From Octopus bimaculoides (Eukaryota): a stretch of 43,287 nt of DNA. The notes under the pieces are model-generated. The model saw only the letters and a program-made list of their open reading frames with translations, made no database searches and was not told the DNA's origin. Both the position numbers and the translations under genes were made by a program. Positions within the stretch are counted from its first letter, which is position 1. Each line of letters starts with the position of its first letter. Below are positions 11,565-23,849 of the stretch, in pieces. The DNA is taken from contig NC_068984.1 of the NCBI RefSeq assembly GCF_001194135.2, positions 15,125,097 through 15,168,383 of the forward strand, given 5' to 3'.

Positions 11565-11905
11565 CACAGGAGTGGCTGTGTGGTAAGTAGCTTGCTTACC
11601 AACCACATGGTTCTGGGTTCATTCCCACCGTGTGGCACCTTGGGCAAGTGTCTTCTACTATAGCCTCAGGCTGACCAAAGCCTTGTGAGTGGATATGGTA
11701 GATTGGAAACTGAAAGAAGCCCATCATATATATGTATGTGTGTGTATATGTTTGTGTGTCTGTGTTTGTCCCCCCAACATCGCTTGACAACTGATGGTGG
11801 TGTGTTTACGTCCCCGTAACTTAGCGGTTCGGCAAAAGAGAACGATAGAATAAGTACCAGGCTTCCAAAGAATAAGTCCTGGAGTCAATTTGCTCGACTA
11901 AAAGG
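11565..11905 (+). mobile_element. SINE family A, 3' end lost in a gap
   Basis: Colinear with 899-1230 from gcacaggagtggctgtgtggtaag to ttgctcgactaaaagg. Confidence 0.85.
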
Positions 11906-12364
11906 NNNNNNNNNNNNNNNNNNNNNNNNNNNNNNNNNNNNNNNNNNNNNNNNNNNNNNNNNNNNNNNNNNNNNNNNNNNNNNNNNNNNNNNNNNNNNNN
12001 NNNNNNNNNNNNNNNNNNNNNNNNNNNNNNNNNNNNNNNNNNNNNNNNNNNNNNNNNNNNNNNNNNNNNNNNNNNNNNNNNNNNNNNNNNNNNNNNNNNN
12101 NNNNNNNNNNNNNNNNNNNNNNNNNNNNNNNNNNNNNNNNNNNNNNNNNNNNNNNNNNAAAAATTATTATTATGTTGGAGACTGGACTGAATCTTTGCAA
12201 AAGAGTAGATTGTACTAAAGACAGTTACAGACCAGATTATGGTGTTCACCTGAGCAACAAGTAAGTCTATTACTGAAGAGACCCTAATCCTAACCCCTGG
12301 GAAGCTGTGATACAGTTTCCATCAGTCAAATTTTAGTTAGGGGCTTTGGTCAGCCCAAGGCTAG

Positions 12365-12956
12365 TTAACTTTTTAGCATTTAAATTGACAATATCCAGCC
12401 CAAATATTTTGTTTTATCTTCAAACTGACCAAGTCCAGCCTCTCACACCTGTCCTATGATATGATTCTAAAAATAAACAATCATAACTTCAAAATCTCAA
12501 AGCTACAAGATAATATGGGATTCATCATCATCATCATTTAACATCCGCTTTCCATGCTAGCATGGGTTGGACGATTTGACTGAGGACTGTTGAACCAGAT
12601 GGCTACACCAATCTAATTTGGCAGAGTTTCTAGAGCTGGATGCCCTTCCCAACGCCAACCATTCCAAGAGTGTAGTGGGTGCTTTTACGTGCCATCTGCA
12701 CAGGAGCCAGTCCAGCAGTACTGGCAACGAACTCGCTCGAATGTCTTTTCATGTGCCACTGGCACAAGTGCCAGGAAGGCGACGTTGGTAACGATCACGC
12801 TCAAATGGTGCTATTTACGTGCCACCGGCACAGAAACCAGGCAGCTGGTGCTCTGGCAACGATCACGCTCGGACGGTGCTCTTAGTGATTAACTAAAAAT
12901 AATGTGAATAAATAATCATTTCATTTGAAAGAGAAATATGAATGCTAAAGGGTTAA
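12365..12956. mobile_element. piggyBac-like MITE family MITE2 split by a family B insertion
   Basis: Ends TTAActttttagcattt (12365) and gaatgctaaagggTTAA (12956). Both halves match the intact copy 29869-30097 (ctcacacct, gctacaagataat). Confidence 0.7.
12523..12886 (-). mobile_element. Family B retroposon nested in MITE2
   Basis: (cat)n tail at 12523; modules near 12679, 12739, 12807 and 12876; gatt on both sides (12519-22, 12887-90). Confidence 0.85.
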
Positions 12957-13211
12957 CAACTTTCAACCAAGAAAGCACAAAGTGGGATTGAACAAGAAAC
13001 CAAGTATGTACAAAGTGAAGTTCTAAACCACACAGCCATACCTGCTCAATGCAGGAGCAAAATCTCCTTCATTAAACACTCTGCATTCTGTCAAGTGAGG
13101 ACTGATGAGTTGTGTAACTCAAGAAAAGTTTGCCAATACACTGAAAAATAAATGTGGGAACCACAACAACAACAATGATATCAATGGTGATAACTCCTTG
13201 TTGAAATCAAA

Positions 13212-13647
13212 CTAAATTCGATGACTGGCACCCATTCCAACATCGTCTCCTTCATTGGACACGGAACTCAGCTTGCGAAGACTTGTTGGGGCAAGCGAAA
13301 GCGAAATCGTGATGGCACCTGTGCCCAGCGTCGCCTTTCTGGCACTTGTGCCCGTGGCATGTGTAGGGACTTTCAAGCGAGATCGTTGCCGGTGCCCTTG
13401 GACTGGCTCTTGTGCGGGTGGCACATAAAATACACCATTTTGAGCGTGGCCGTTGCCAGTACCTCCTGACTGGCCTTCGTGCCGGTGGCACGTAAAAGCA
13501 CCCACTACACTCTCGGAGTGGTTGGCGTTAGGAAGGGCATCCAGCTGTAGAAACTCTGCCAGATCAGATTGGAGCCTGGCATAGCCATCTGGTTTCACCA
13601 GTCCTCAGCATGGAAAGTGGATGTTAAACGATGATGATGATGATGAT
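13212..13647 (+). mobile_element. Family B retroposon, long copy
   Basis: gtgccggtggcacgtaaaagcacccactacactctcggagtggttggcgttaggaagggcatccagctgtagaaac...(gat)n. Has a short internal deletion after cagtcctcag. Confidence 0.85.
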
Positions 13648-14046
13648 TGGAAAACAAAAGCAAAATATTTGGAAACATCTAAAACCTGAAAGACTTTGAA
13701 AGTTGCTTTAGGTGGAACAAGAGACAAACCTCAACCTGAATACAATTCTAGTCTATCTCACATAACTCTTTCAGCTGAACTGTTTTCCATTCCCTGGCAG
13801 CTAACTGAACTAAGACATCTAGAATTAAGTACACAGATTGAAAGATTTTTATTGGATTTCAACACTCACAACAACTTATGAACTGGCACCAAATATTCAA
13901 CTCAGTTTTGTTTCTTTTTCCATTATACAACAGAATGAGAAACCTGGATGAAATATGCACTAACAAGCTTTGCAGAAAGTCGCATAACCATAACAGTAAT
14001 AAAGAAGAAAAAAAAAACGGAAAAAAATCAATATTATTATTTATTT

Positions 14047-14284
14047 CAGTGGTTCTCAACAGAGGTCCATATATGACTTTGTTGTTAAAATTTATGTGCA
14101 GTAAACTGTGTAATACTTCTACAATACACATTTTTATTTTCTTACAATTTCTAATAATATTTGATTATAAAAATACAATTAGATTTTTTTTTATATATAT
14201 ACATCGAATGGCTATGGAGATTCAGTAGGGTAAAAGACAAAGCAGAGGGGTCCACAGGAAAAAAAAAATGGTTGAGAACCACTG
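14047..14284. mobile_element. hAT/Charlie-like MITE
   Basis: 14-bp perfect TIRs CAGTGGTTCTCAAC (14047-60) and GTTGAGAACCACTG (14271-84), the terminus typical of Charlie/MER5-type hAT elements. No 8-bp TSD preserved. Confidence 0.75.
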
Positions 14285-15974
14285 GTCTTTTTTTATTAGA
14301 ATTTATCAAAACCATATCAGTGAAATCACTAATCAGAACACTGTTATAATGTTGGGGCTAGTTACATATTATCTGACCAATGACAAATCAAAAACAAACA
14401 AGGACTTATTAAGTATGCAATTATGAGCTTACAATACTGATTATAACTGGACATTCTCTAAGAGAAAGAGATAGGGGAAGGAAGAGGGAGGGAAAAGTCA
14501 TTTCTGAAATAATGAACATAAAATGGCTTACTTTAATGAAGGTATCAGTAGGACACTTAAACTTTCTTAAGCAAAAAAAAAAACAAAAAAAAAAATCAAT
14601 GCATGTATGCATAATGTATACATTCATGTCTTTTCATCTCTCTTCAACCTACATCAATTATAACAACAAGAAAATGTCTGCAGTCCCCTTTTTTTTCTCC
14701 CTTAGATTCTATTTTTTCCTAGCAATCTAAGAAAGACAGCACAACAAGTCTCATCAGAAGAGAAGAAGAAAAAAGAAAATGTCCACTTATTTTTATGAAT
14801 TATGTAAAGAAGATGAAGGAAAATGGTAAAAAAGGAAGAAATACAATAAAGCATAGGAAGATATTTATTATCATAATCCAACATGTTTCTCTTGTCATAT
14901 TTGAATATTGAACAAGGTAATATGCATTTTTACATGCACTCAAATCTCTCTCTCTCACAAGCATACATACATACATACATACACACACACATTCAGATAC
15001 ACATACATACCATTTTATATTATTCTAATTTATATTCTAAGATGTAGCTGCTGGCAGCCAACAAGATCCTTGTGCAGAGGAGATGCTGTTCCATTCTTGT
15101 GGATAATGAGTCTGGAAAGTCACAAGAAAAATATGGTCTCTTTAGCAGACAGCTTTTGTGAAGACAACAAAAGCATTCTTCATTTTTACAACAAATAGTG
15201 TGTGTATATATGTATATACATATATATATATAAGGGTAGATATATGAATGTGAGTATATATGTATGTGCATCAAGAGAGGAGGAGGAAGAGGAGTGCTTC
15301 TTCACCCTAATTTTCTTTCATCCATCCCAACCCATTGTTTTTCATTTATAAAGAATGAAGAAGCAGGAATCACTGCAAGCAGACCAATACATAGGAACCT
15401 TCAGCACAGAATAAATGGATAAATAAAGCAAGAACAAACAAAAAATAAATAAAAATACAGTATGAGTCCAGGCCTAATGCAGAAATATGTTTGCAGCAGA
15501 TAACAAATGGAACTAAACAAGTTTTCAATGGATTACAAAACAAAAAAAAATAGAAGAAAAAGAAAAAGAAAAACAGTTGCATTTTATAGGAAGGGAAGGA
15601 AAGATGGTGGGGGGGGAAGAGAGTTGAAATGGGATACCCATTAAATTTAGAGTGAAATTGAATAGCAAAGCTATACAATAAATAAATATCTTAAATAGAA
15701 ATTGTTGATAGATTTAATTTAATTTAATAAGTAAGAACTGCTTCNNNNNNNNNNNNNNNNNNNNNNNNNNNNNNNNNNNNNNNNNNNNNNNNNNNNNNNN
15801 NNNNNNNNNNNNNNNNNNNNNNNNNNNNNNNNNNNNNNNNNNNNNNNNNNNNNNNNNNNNNNNNNNNNNNNNNNNNNNNNNNNNNNNNNNNNNNNNNNNN
15901 NNNNNNNNNNNNNNNNNNNNNNNNNNNNNNNNNNNNNNNNNNNAAACATGACGGAATTTCTACTAAGAAGTGAT

Positions 15975-16165
15975 GATCAAGGTCTTGATTTCAAATTTTG
16001 GCACAAGGCCAGCAATTTCAAGGGTAATGGTAGGTTGATTACATCAACCCCACAGTTTAACTGGTCCTTGTTTTATCAACTCCGAAAGGATGAAAGGCAA
16101 AGTCAACCTCAATGGAATTTGGACACAGAACACGAAGACAGACAAAATGCAATTAAGTATTCTGC
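15975..16165 (-). mobile_element. SINE family C
   Basis: ggcacaaggccagcaatttc...gaaaggatgaaaggcaaagtcaacctc...ggaattt. Confidence 0.75.
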
Positions 16166-16179
16166 CCAGCATGCTTTTC

Positions 16180-16367
16180 TTTGATTCTTTTATTCATTTC
16201 AGTCATTTGACTGCAGCCATGCTGGAGCACCACCTTTAGTCAAACAAATTGACCCTGGGACTTATTCTTTGTAAGCCTAGTACTTATCCTATCGGTCCCT
16301 TTTGCCGAACCACTGTGTTACAGGGATGTAAACACATCAGCAAACATACATACACGCACACACACAG

Positions 16368-16375
<8 letters not shown>
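16180..16375 (-). mobile_element. SINE family A 3' half
   Basis: tttcagtcatttgactgcagccatgctggagcaccacctttagtc...cttattctttgtaagcctagtac. Confidence 0.8.
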
Positions 16376-16408
<33 letters not shown>

Positions 16409-16717
16409 CACACAGAGTGTTTAAAAAGGTTGGTAGCAAAAGGGTTAAAGAATTGAATGGCTAGGAGGATCCATCCAAGTAAAAAAAGGAATCAAGGTGT
16501 TTATAGGTGAAAACAAATGGTTGAGAAACACTGGTTGAAAGTAAAATCACAAATTGTGACTTTTATGCTTTCCCCAAAGTCATAACAATGAAATAAAGAG
16601 AGATCTTAAGAAAGACTAGTTAAAGTAATTATAGGTTGAAGGCTTAGATGTTTACTTTGCAATTGAAATCCTCATAACACAAGGTGAGGTATAGGTGCAG
16701 GTGTAGATGTCACTATG

Positions 16718-17100
16718 GGCACAGGTGTGGAGGTATGGTTAAGAAGTTTGCTTCCAACCATTTAGTTTCAGGTTCAATCCTATGCATGGTGTCTTTCATT
16801 ATAGCCATGGGCCAACCAAGTCCCTGTGAGTGGATTTAGTAGACAGAAACTGAAAGAAGTCTGTTGTACATGTGTGCGCACGTGTGTGTGTGTGTGTGTG
16901 TGCGTCACCTGCCACCATTTGACAACTGGTGTTGGTTTGTTTACATCCCCATAACTTAGTGATTCAGTAAAGGAAACTGATAGAAAAAGTTCCAGATTTA
17001 AAAGGAAAAATTAAGTATTGAGGTCACTCTGACTAAACCCCTTCAAGACAGTGCCCCAGCATGGCCACAGTCCAATGACTAAAACAAGAAAAAGATAAGA
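16718..17100 (+). mobile_element. SINE family A (diverged, full length)
   Basis: Head gcacaggtgtggaggtatggttaagaag...ggttcaatcc; tail gtgccccagcatggccacagtccaatgactaaaacaagaaaaagat. Confidence 0.75.
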
Positions 17101-18061
17101 GAGAGCATTTAGAACCTACACAGACAAACTTCCTCGTAGACTGGTTAAACATTAGAAAACCTCAGTGAACTAAGTCTATTATCTGACTTTAATTCACTTT
17201 GAATCAATTTCACTTCACTTACACGCATAGTAGTAATGCTTATGATAAAGTTTTAATGAAAAACTTTGTTACGGATGTTGAAAGATGACTACAAGATGGC
17301 AGAAGGCTTTGTTGATGATGAACATAATGTCTCGTTAATATGAATCCACCAGAAGGCCAATAAAATACATGAAGAGAAAAAGTTCAGAAGGTCTTGAAAC
17401 AGAGATAAAAATATATTATGCATAATATAGAGAATGTATGGGTTGCTGTCTCTACTTACGTGTTTGTGTGTGTGTGAGAAAGAGTAAATGTGGAAGTGTG
17501 AGAGTATTGTCTCTCAAACCACAATGTAGTCAAGTGTAATGCCCTGCTGCAATAGAGATAATCTCTGAAAAGAGAATTTCAGGTTATGAATTAAAATTTG
17601 AAAAGACTACAAGAACTGCATAGATGCATGAAGAGCAGCAATTCCATTGACTGAAAATTTTATATTCTCCACTGCATTCATGTATAATATCAACAGGAGA
17701 TTCATTGATTGGTGGGGATCCAATGCTTATGATCAGTGAAATAATAATGCATTGGATGAGCCAACATTTCCCCAAATAGTCTTTCATCTTTTCTGTACAA
17801 CAACATAACAATTGCTGATTGGTCACAAATGGTGTCAAGACTAAGCTTTGTACGTGATACAGAAGATTTAAGCTATGGCGTGGAGAGCTAGCTGTCCACT
17901 ACAAAGTCATTTAGAGGTCCACTTCATGAGCATGTATTTCAATGCGTGATTGTACAGCATAACACACAGAGCAAATAAATTAGGGATCGGCAATGCTTCA
18001 TGAGTGGAATTGTGCAGATACAAAGTGTGTGAAAGCTTCTTATATTTGTATTCATATAGGG

Positions 18062-18129
<68 letters not shown>

Positions 18130-18160
18130 GAGAAAGAAAGAGAGAGAGAGTGTGTGTGTG
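18062..18160. repeat. (GA)n then (GT)n microsatellite
   Basis: Directly visible. Confidence 0.95.
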
Positions 18161-18161
18161 T

Positions 18162-18485
18162 GGTGAAGGCACGTGGCTTAGAGGTTAGGGCATTCGGCTC
18201 ACAATCGTAAGGTCGTGAATTCGATTCCCGGCGACGCTTTGTGTCCTTGGACAAGACACTTTATTTCATGCTGCACCAGTCCACTCAGCTGGCAAAAATG
18301 AGTAGTACCTGTATTTCAAAGGGCCAGCCTTGTCTATTCTGTGTCATGCTGAAGCTCCCTGAGAACTATGTTAAGGGCATGTATGTCTGTGGAGTGCTCA
18401 GCCACTTGCACATTAATTTCATGAGCAGGCTGTTCCGTTGATCGAATCAGCTGGGACCTTCATCGTCATAACCAACAGAGTGCTC
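18162..18485 (+). mobile_element. SINE family D, full-length-like
   Basis: ggtgaaggcacgtggcttagaggttagggcattcggctcacaatcgtaaggtcgtgaattcgattcccgg (tRNA-like, A and B boxes) followed by gtgtccttggacaagacactt. Confidence 0.8.
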
Positions 18486-19092
18486 CTTCTGTGTGTATGT
18501 GCATGTGTGTGTGTTTGTGTAAAATGATACATACATACATATGTGTATATATAGGATATGCAGGGTTTAGTACACTGGTGATCTAAACGAAAGGGTTCGC
18601 TGAACAAGTGCTATAATTGGTCATCCGTTAGGTTTCAAGTTCACAGCTGAGGCTGGAGATAGGGATCCATATTCGGCTTCCATATTAGCAGGTATACATT
18701 AGAGGAAAAGGACAACAAAAAACCAAGACAGGACGAATATCTCAACTCATTTATAATAATTTGAATTATTATAAATACATATGTATACACACACACACAC
18801 ATATATAAATGCACATACATAAGTGTGCTTGTATGTTACATCTTTTGCTAATGTGACACACATTTGCAGCATTTGTTCTGCTTGGCTGCACAGACAGTAA
18901 CATACCGATCACTCCCACCACCTGAAATGCAATGAACAAGTGACTGGCCAGCAGAAAGCAAATAACCACACACTCTAGTATATATATAATTTAAATATAG
19001 GATAAAATCTTTATAAGAATCTATCTAGTAATTAGCATGAAAAACCTCATAAGGGAAAAATTTATTAATTATTCCCTTTAAATATATTCATT

Positions 19093-19237
19093 TATATTAA
19101 GGGCATTACTATACATAAATGCCTCATGCTAGGAGGGACTCTTAAAGTCAAAACTACCATATGTTTATTATGGTAGTTTTGACTTTAAGAGACCCTCCTA
19201 GCATGAGGCATTTATGTATAGTAATGCCCTTAATATA
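19093..19237. repeat. Near-perfect palindrome: 69-bp arms, 7-nt loop, 1 mismatch
   Basis: 19093-19161 is the reverse complement of 19169-19237 except gggactc vs gggtctc; loop tgtttat. Confidence 0.97.
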
Positions 19238-19249
19238 TATAAATAAAAA

Positions 19250-19444
19250 AAGTGTGTGTGTGTGTGACCGCCTGTGTATCATTGGTGATTTTCCTTCCCA
19301 TTCTTCCCTTCTTTAGACTTTTTCTATATTTCTGATGAAGAGCTCTGCTCAAAACATGAAATCCTCTTTCTTTTCCTGAGTGTCCAATAATACAGTATTT
19401 GTACCACATTCTCGCGTTGCTTTTTCTTGCTTGTTTGGATTGAT

Positions 19445-19445
<1 letters not shown>
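19250..19445 (+). mobile_element. Probable Penelope-like element terminal-repeat remnant containing a decayed type I hammerhead motif (19328-19362)
   Basis: CTGATGA-A-GAGC-tct-GCTC-AAAAC has the hammerhead core, a 4-bp stem II and GAAA mutated to AAAA at a CpG; attt/aaat could form stem I. Ends in (TA)n. Confidence 0.5.
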
Positions 19446-19488
<43 letters not shown>

Positions 19489-20138
19489 TATATACACTAG
19501 ACTCTATACATTTCGGATATAAGAGTGCATTGGATATTTTTTATTTTGTATTTAAAAAACCGTATGTATATGCGTCGCTGTGTGTATGTCTTGGCAATAT
19601 AAATGCCTGAACTATCTAAGACTAATAAAGTTTTGTTTTGGTTTATTTTTTGTGTGTGTGTGTGAATTTCTTACCTCATTTGGTTGTATGAGTATAATTT
19701 AAATAAAAACTAAAACAAAACGGGAAGAACATAAATAAATGTATTAAGTTATTCATAGAATTCGTACAAATAAAGAATTCATAATATTTAGACTTTGGAA
19801 TAGTTCACTAACTTGACACAGAACGGTCTGAAGATTTATTCATTTGTATGTATTTCTTTCTTTTAGCTTTAAGAAATAAATTGGAATATGGAAATAATTA
19901 AATAAAAATATTTAGATTGGAAAGTATGAAAAAACTGGAATTTGGAGAAAGTATCATGAAAGAAAATGGTAGGTCAAAGTGAACTAAAATATATAAACAA
20001 AATTTTGAAATGATGAATGATTCTGTTTGGCATACAACATATTCCTAACCCTGGCAGCCCATGATTAAATAAATCACTGATGTTAGTGTGCATGCATATA
20101 TATACTCATACATACATACATATTAGATACATATTACA

Positions 20139-20196
<58 letters not shown>

Positions 20197-20389
20197 CACA
20201 TATATGTGTATTTGTTTTAGTGTATGTGGATAGGAGAGAGAAGTGGCATTTTTTTTAAACAGAAATATTTTGCTCTTCCGGTATACTGGTAACAAATCAA
20301 GTAGACAGTGGAAATTATTCTAGTTTGGAGAAAATAAATCTAGGTTATAAAATATAAACAAACCAAGAGTATGATGGTTTGAGGTTTGT

Positions 20390-20401
20390 GAGAGAGACAG
20401 A

Positions 20402-20471
<70 letters not shown>

Positions 20472-20483
20472 ATGAGAGAGAGA
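20390..20483. repeat. (GA)n microsatellite
   Basis: Directly visible. Confidence 0.95.
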
Positions 20484-21441
20484 CTAATACTATGGGTGTT
20501 ACCCTTCATGAAAGGGAAAAACAGAAAATCTCCAATTTAGCTCTGAAGTGCCCTGCATGAAAAACATTCACTCCCACTTTATTTCCCCAGCACATCAACA
20601 TATTNNNNNNNNNNTAATACTATGGGTGTTACCCTTCATGAAAGGGAAAAACAGAAAATCTCCAATTTAGCTCTGAAGTGCCCTGCATGAAAAACATTCA
20701 CTCCCACTTTATTTCCCCAGCACATCAACATATTCCTCCTTTGTTTATATTCCCCCCCCCCCGACAGAATTCATGCCAATGCAAGACCATTCACTAGGTT
20801 TACCATTTCTGGTGACTATTCTTAAATCTAGGTTAAATTATCATGACAGCAGAGATAGGATGAAATGAAGTGGAGGAGCTGAGAGACCTTGAAAATCAAG
20901 TTGAAAGTGAGAAACAAATTGGTTAAATGATGTCTGATATATTACATACAACCCATACACACACACACATGCTTTCTTCCTGTCTCATACTCACACAAAT
21001 GCAATCCTATGCAGACAAAGTGACAGGCTAATAGCCAGACACACAATACCATTTGTCTAGAAAGATTCAAATTAGACTTAATATGCAGCAACTGATAAGC
21101 CCTCACCCCAAAATCCTGTCCTCTCTTTCCCTCTCTCTCTTTAAAAAAAAAAACAACTTTTTTTTAACAATTTCCAGACGTCTGGTTACTGAAATGATAT
21201 TTGGCTGCCCCTGTGTTTTCTTTCCCCTTAAATGCTTTACCGCCATCCTTTTATTCAACGACTACCGAAGTTAGTTGTTAAGGAGGAAAAGACAACAGAA
21301 GGTCACAGTAGATAGAAACAGAGGAGAGTTGAGGAACAGGAACTGTACGTGGTCACTATGTCTGCTAGAAATAGCAAACAAATCTCTCTCTTTCAAACGA
21401 CATCCCAGCATCACCAAGACGTGACACATTAAATATAGCAG

Positions 21442-21475
<34 letters not shown>

Positions 21476-21672
21476 TGTATACATACCACCACAGAAAAAA
21501 GTGATGGATGCATTGAATGGTACAGTCATGTATATATACACGATGTATACATACCATCATAAAAACATGATATGTCAGATGATGCAATCTTATATATAGG
21601 TGCAGGAATGGTTGTGTGGTAAGAAGTTTGTTTCCCAACTACATGGTTCCAGATTCGGTTCACTAAAGCCTT

Positions 21673-22020
21673 CATCATCATCATCATCATCATCGTCTAA
21701 CGTCTGCTTTCTATGCTGGCACAGGTTGGACAGTTTGACTGAGGAGTGGCAAGCCAGGAGGCTGCACCAAGCTCCAGTCTGATCTGGCAAGGTTTCTACA
21801 GCTGGATGCCCTTCCTAATGCCAACCACTCCAAGAGTGTAGTGGGTGCTTTTTACGTGCCACTGGCATTGACCATGCTCGAATGGTGCTTTTTACATTCC
21901 ACTGGCATGGACCATGCTCGAATGGTGCTTTTTACATTCCACTGGCATGGGAGTCAGTGAGGTGGCACTGGCATCGACCATCTCAAATGGTGCTTTTTAC
22001 GTGCCACCGGCACTGGCACA
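21673..22020 (-). mobile_element. Family B retroposon with an internal 40-bp tandem duplication (21859-21950)
   Basis: (cat)n tail plus core; the unit ccactggcat.gaccatgctcgaatggtgctttttacatt occurs twice plus a partial third. Confidence 0.85.
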
Positions 22021-22117
22021 TGAGTAGATTTGGCTGCTATTTCCAGCAAGTGCGCAACCAGACAGAGGATCCCTTATTCACTTGTTCTCAAAAATGGAAG
22101 AAAACTTAGGCGCAAGG

Positions 22118-22560
22118 ATGGCTAGAAGTAGGAATGGCTATGTTGTTGACAGGCTTGCTTCACAACCACATGGTCTCAGGTTCAGTCCCACTGCATGGTA
22201 CCTTGGAAAAGAGTCTTCTACTACTGCCCCAGGCAAACCGAAGCTTTGTGAGTGGATTTGGTACACAGAAACTGAAAGAAGTCCATCATATATGTGTGTG
22301 TGATTGTACCCTTATTTTGACACCAAGTAGTGATTGTAAATGAGTATCATGATCATCATACAAGTGATGCTGTTTATTTCCAATATTCCACAAAAACATG
22401 TCTGGCCGTGGGGAAAATACAATGTTAACAGGTAAGGGTGAGCAACAGGAAAGGTATCCAGCCATAGAAAATCTACCTCAATGAATTCTGCCTGACCCAT
22501 GCAAATGTGGAAAAATGTGGAAAATGTGGAAAAATGTGGAAAAATGGACATTAAATGATG
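22118..22560 (+). mobile_element. SINE family E, full length, with 10-bp slippage array ATGTGGAAAA in the tail
   Basis: Head ggctatgttgttgacaggcttg...ggttcagtcccactgcatggtaccttgg; ggaaaggtatccagccatagaaaa; about 4 x atgtggaaaa at ~22505-22545. Confidence 0.75.
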
Positions 22561-22689
22561 ATTTCTTGAGAAATCCCAACAATAACACGAACAAAAAGAA
22601 TGATTGTAGGGATTATTTTTTTAAGGTTCTTTTTAGGATTTTCTTTGAAAAAAAATTTGTTTTACTGTTTGTTTGTTTTTTTTTTAATC

Positions 22690-22925
22690 TTTTAGTCAGG
22701 AAGGAAGGTAATGCCCTGATCCTTCACAGGGCCTCTAAGATCTAACTAGAAATAGCAGCCAAATATACCTTAAGTTACATCCTTCTGTCACAAAAAAAGG
22801 GCACATTGGAAAATGTATCAAAGGTATACTATGCCTAGAAGAAAAAAAGTCAGGGCGGTCTCAGTTGGATTGCTTTTGATCATAGGTCTGTTCACTGATG
22901 GCCAATTTTGTGCTAAACAACAACC
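22690..22925 (-). mobile_element. Interspersed repeat family F
   Basis: Diagnostic ctagaaatagcagccaaat and gatcataggtctg. Related copies at ~23615-23810 (+), 24985-25110 (+), 31135-31290 (+), 37185-37290 (-) and 21350-21400 (-). Confidence 0.55.
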
Positions 22926-23614
22926 TTGAATTCTTTTCTGTCTGATCATATGTGGTGTAGCTAGAGTGTATGCCACTTGAGGAAACCCTTGAGTTTGCAG
23001 ACCTCCTTCCTCTGAGCCCCACAGCCTACACAGGCTTATACAGATGACCCAAAAGTGCTGCCTCTGTAAAAGAATTACCCAGGATGATTATAAGCCTACA
23101 TAATTTGCTTTTGAAACTGTTTCAGAAGTAAAGCTGATTGACTAACAATCACACTACTACAAGTTCCCTGTTACTATTAAAAGTTTTTTGCCCTTGGAAA
23201 AGACATACAAATCTACCAGACAAAAAGCCTTCATACGTACATGCAAACTGAGTGGCTAATGGTAGAAAGAACATTGACTTCTGTAGTTGCACTCACTATA
23301 ACAATATGCAGAAGTTCAAATTTTGAAAAGCCATTCCATGCAAACTAATTACAGAGAATTGGATATTAAGGCAGTGTTGAGCAAGCAGCTGTTATGTACT
23401 GCTTCTCTTACATAACATTAAAATTAAGAGCTTCTGCTAATTTACTGAGACATTAAAAACAAATATAATTTTTTCTTTCTTTAATTATTTACAGTCCATA
23501 ACTCTTAATTAATTGAAACAACTGCAACTTAATTTTTTTCTTTCTCTTTGCTTTTTATTTGTCTGTTACATAATGGTTAATATATACAACTTTGTTTTAG
23601 GTGAATGTAAATTA

Positions 23615-23810
23615 CTATTTAGCATCAAATCGGCCTTGATCAACCAGACCCACAACCAAAAGTATTGATGTTGTAACTATCCCCCCTTTTAATAAATCTA
23701 CATTTTCCCATGAGTCCTTTCCTTATTTAAGTTGGTAGGTTTACAATATGAGGGAGATTTAGCTGTTATTTCTAGAAGTTCAACTAACCACATAGAGACT
23801 CTTTCATCAG
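23615..23810 (+). mobile_element. Interspersed repeat family F
   Basis: ggccttgatcaaccagaccc...gagggagatttagctgttatttctagaag. Confidence 0.55.
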
Positions 23811-23849
23811 TTTGACACCTGTTCATTGATATAGTTGGTATACCATCCC

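Noticed and set aside
12679-12890. Regularly spaced motif resembling a CRISPR array
   Set aside because: Eukaryotic context, degenerate units, spacers homologous between dispersed copies and no cas genes.
12679-13598. GC-richer ORFs of 67-128 aa
   Set aside because: They lie entirely within family B repeats.
18906-18921. Possible 16-nt minus-strand microexon (ttcag|GTGGTGGGAGTGATCG|gtatgt)
   Set aside because: Joining it to the 19675 candidate in the open frame gives an immediate stop (MRWWE*); no other support.
20485-20734. 120-bp exact tandem duplication
   Set aside because: The copies are separated only by a 10-N gap (20605-14); assembly overlap artefact.
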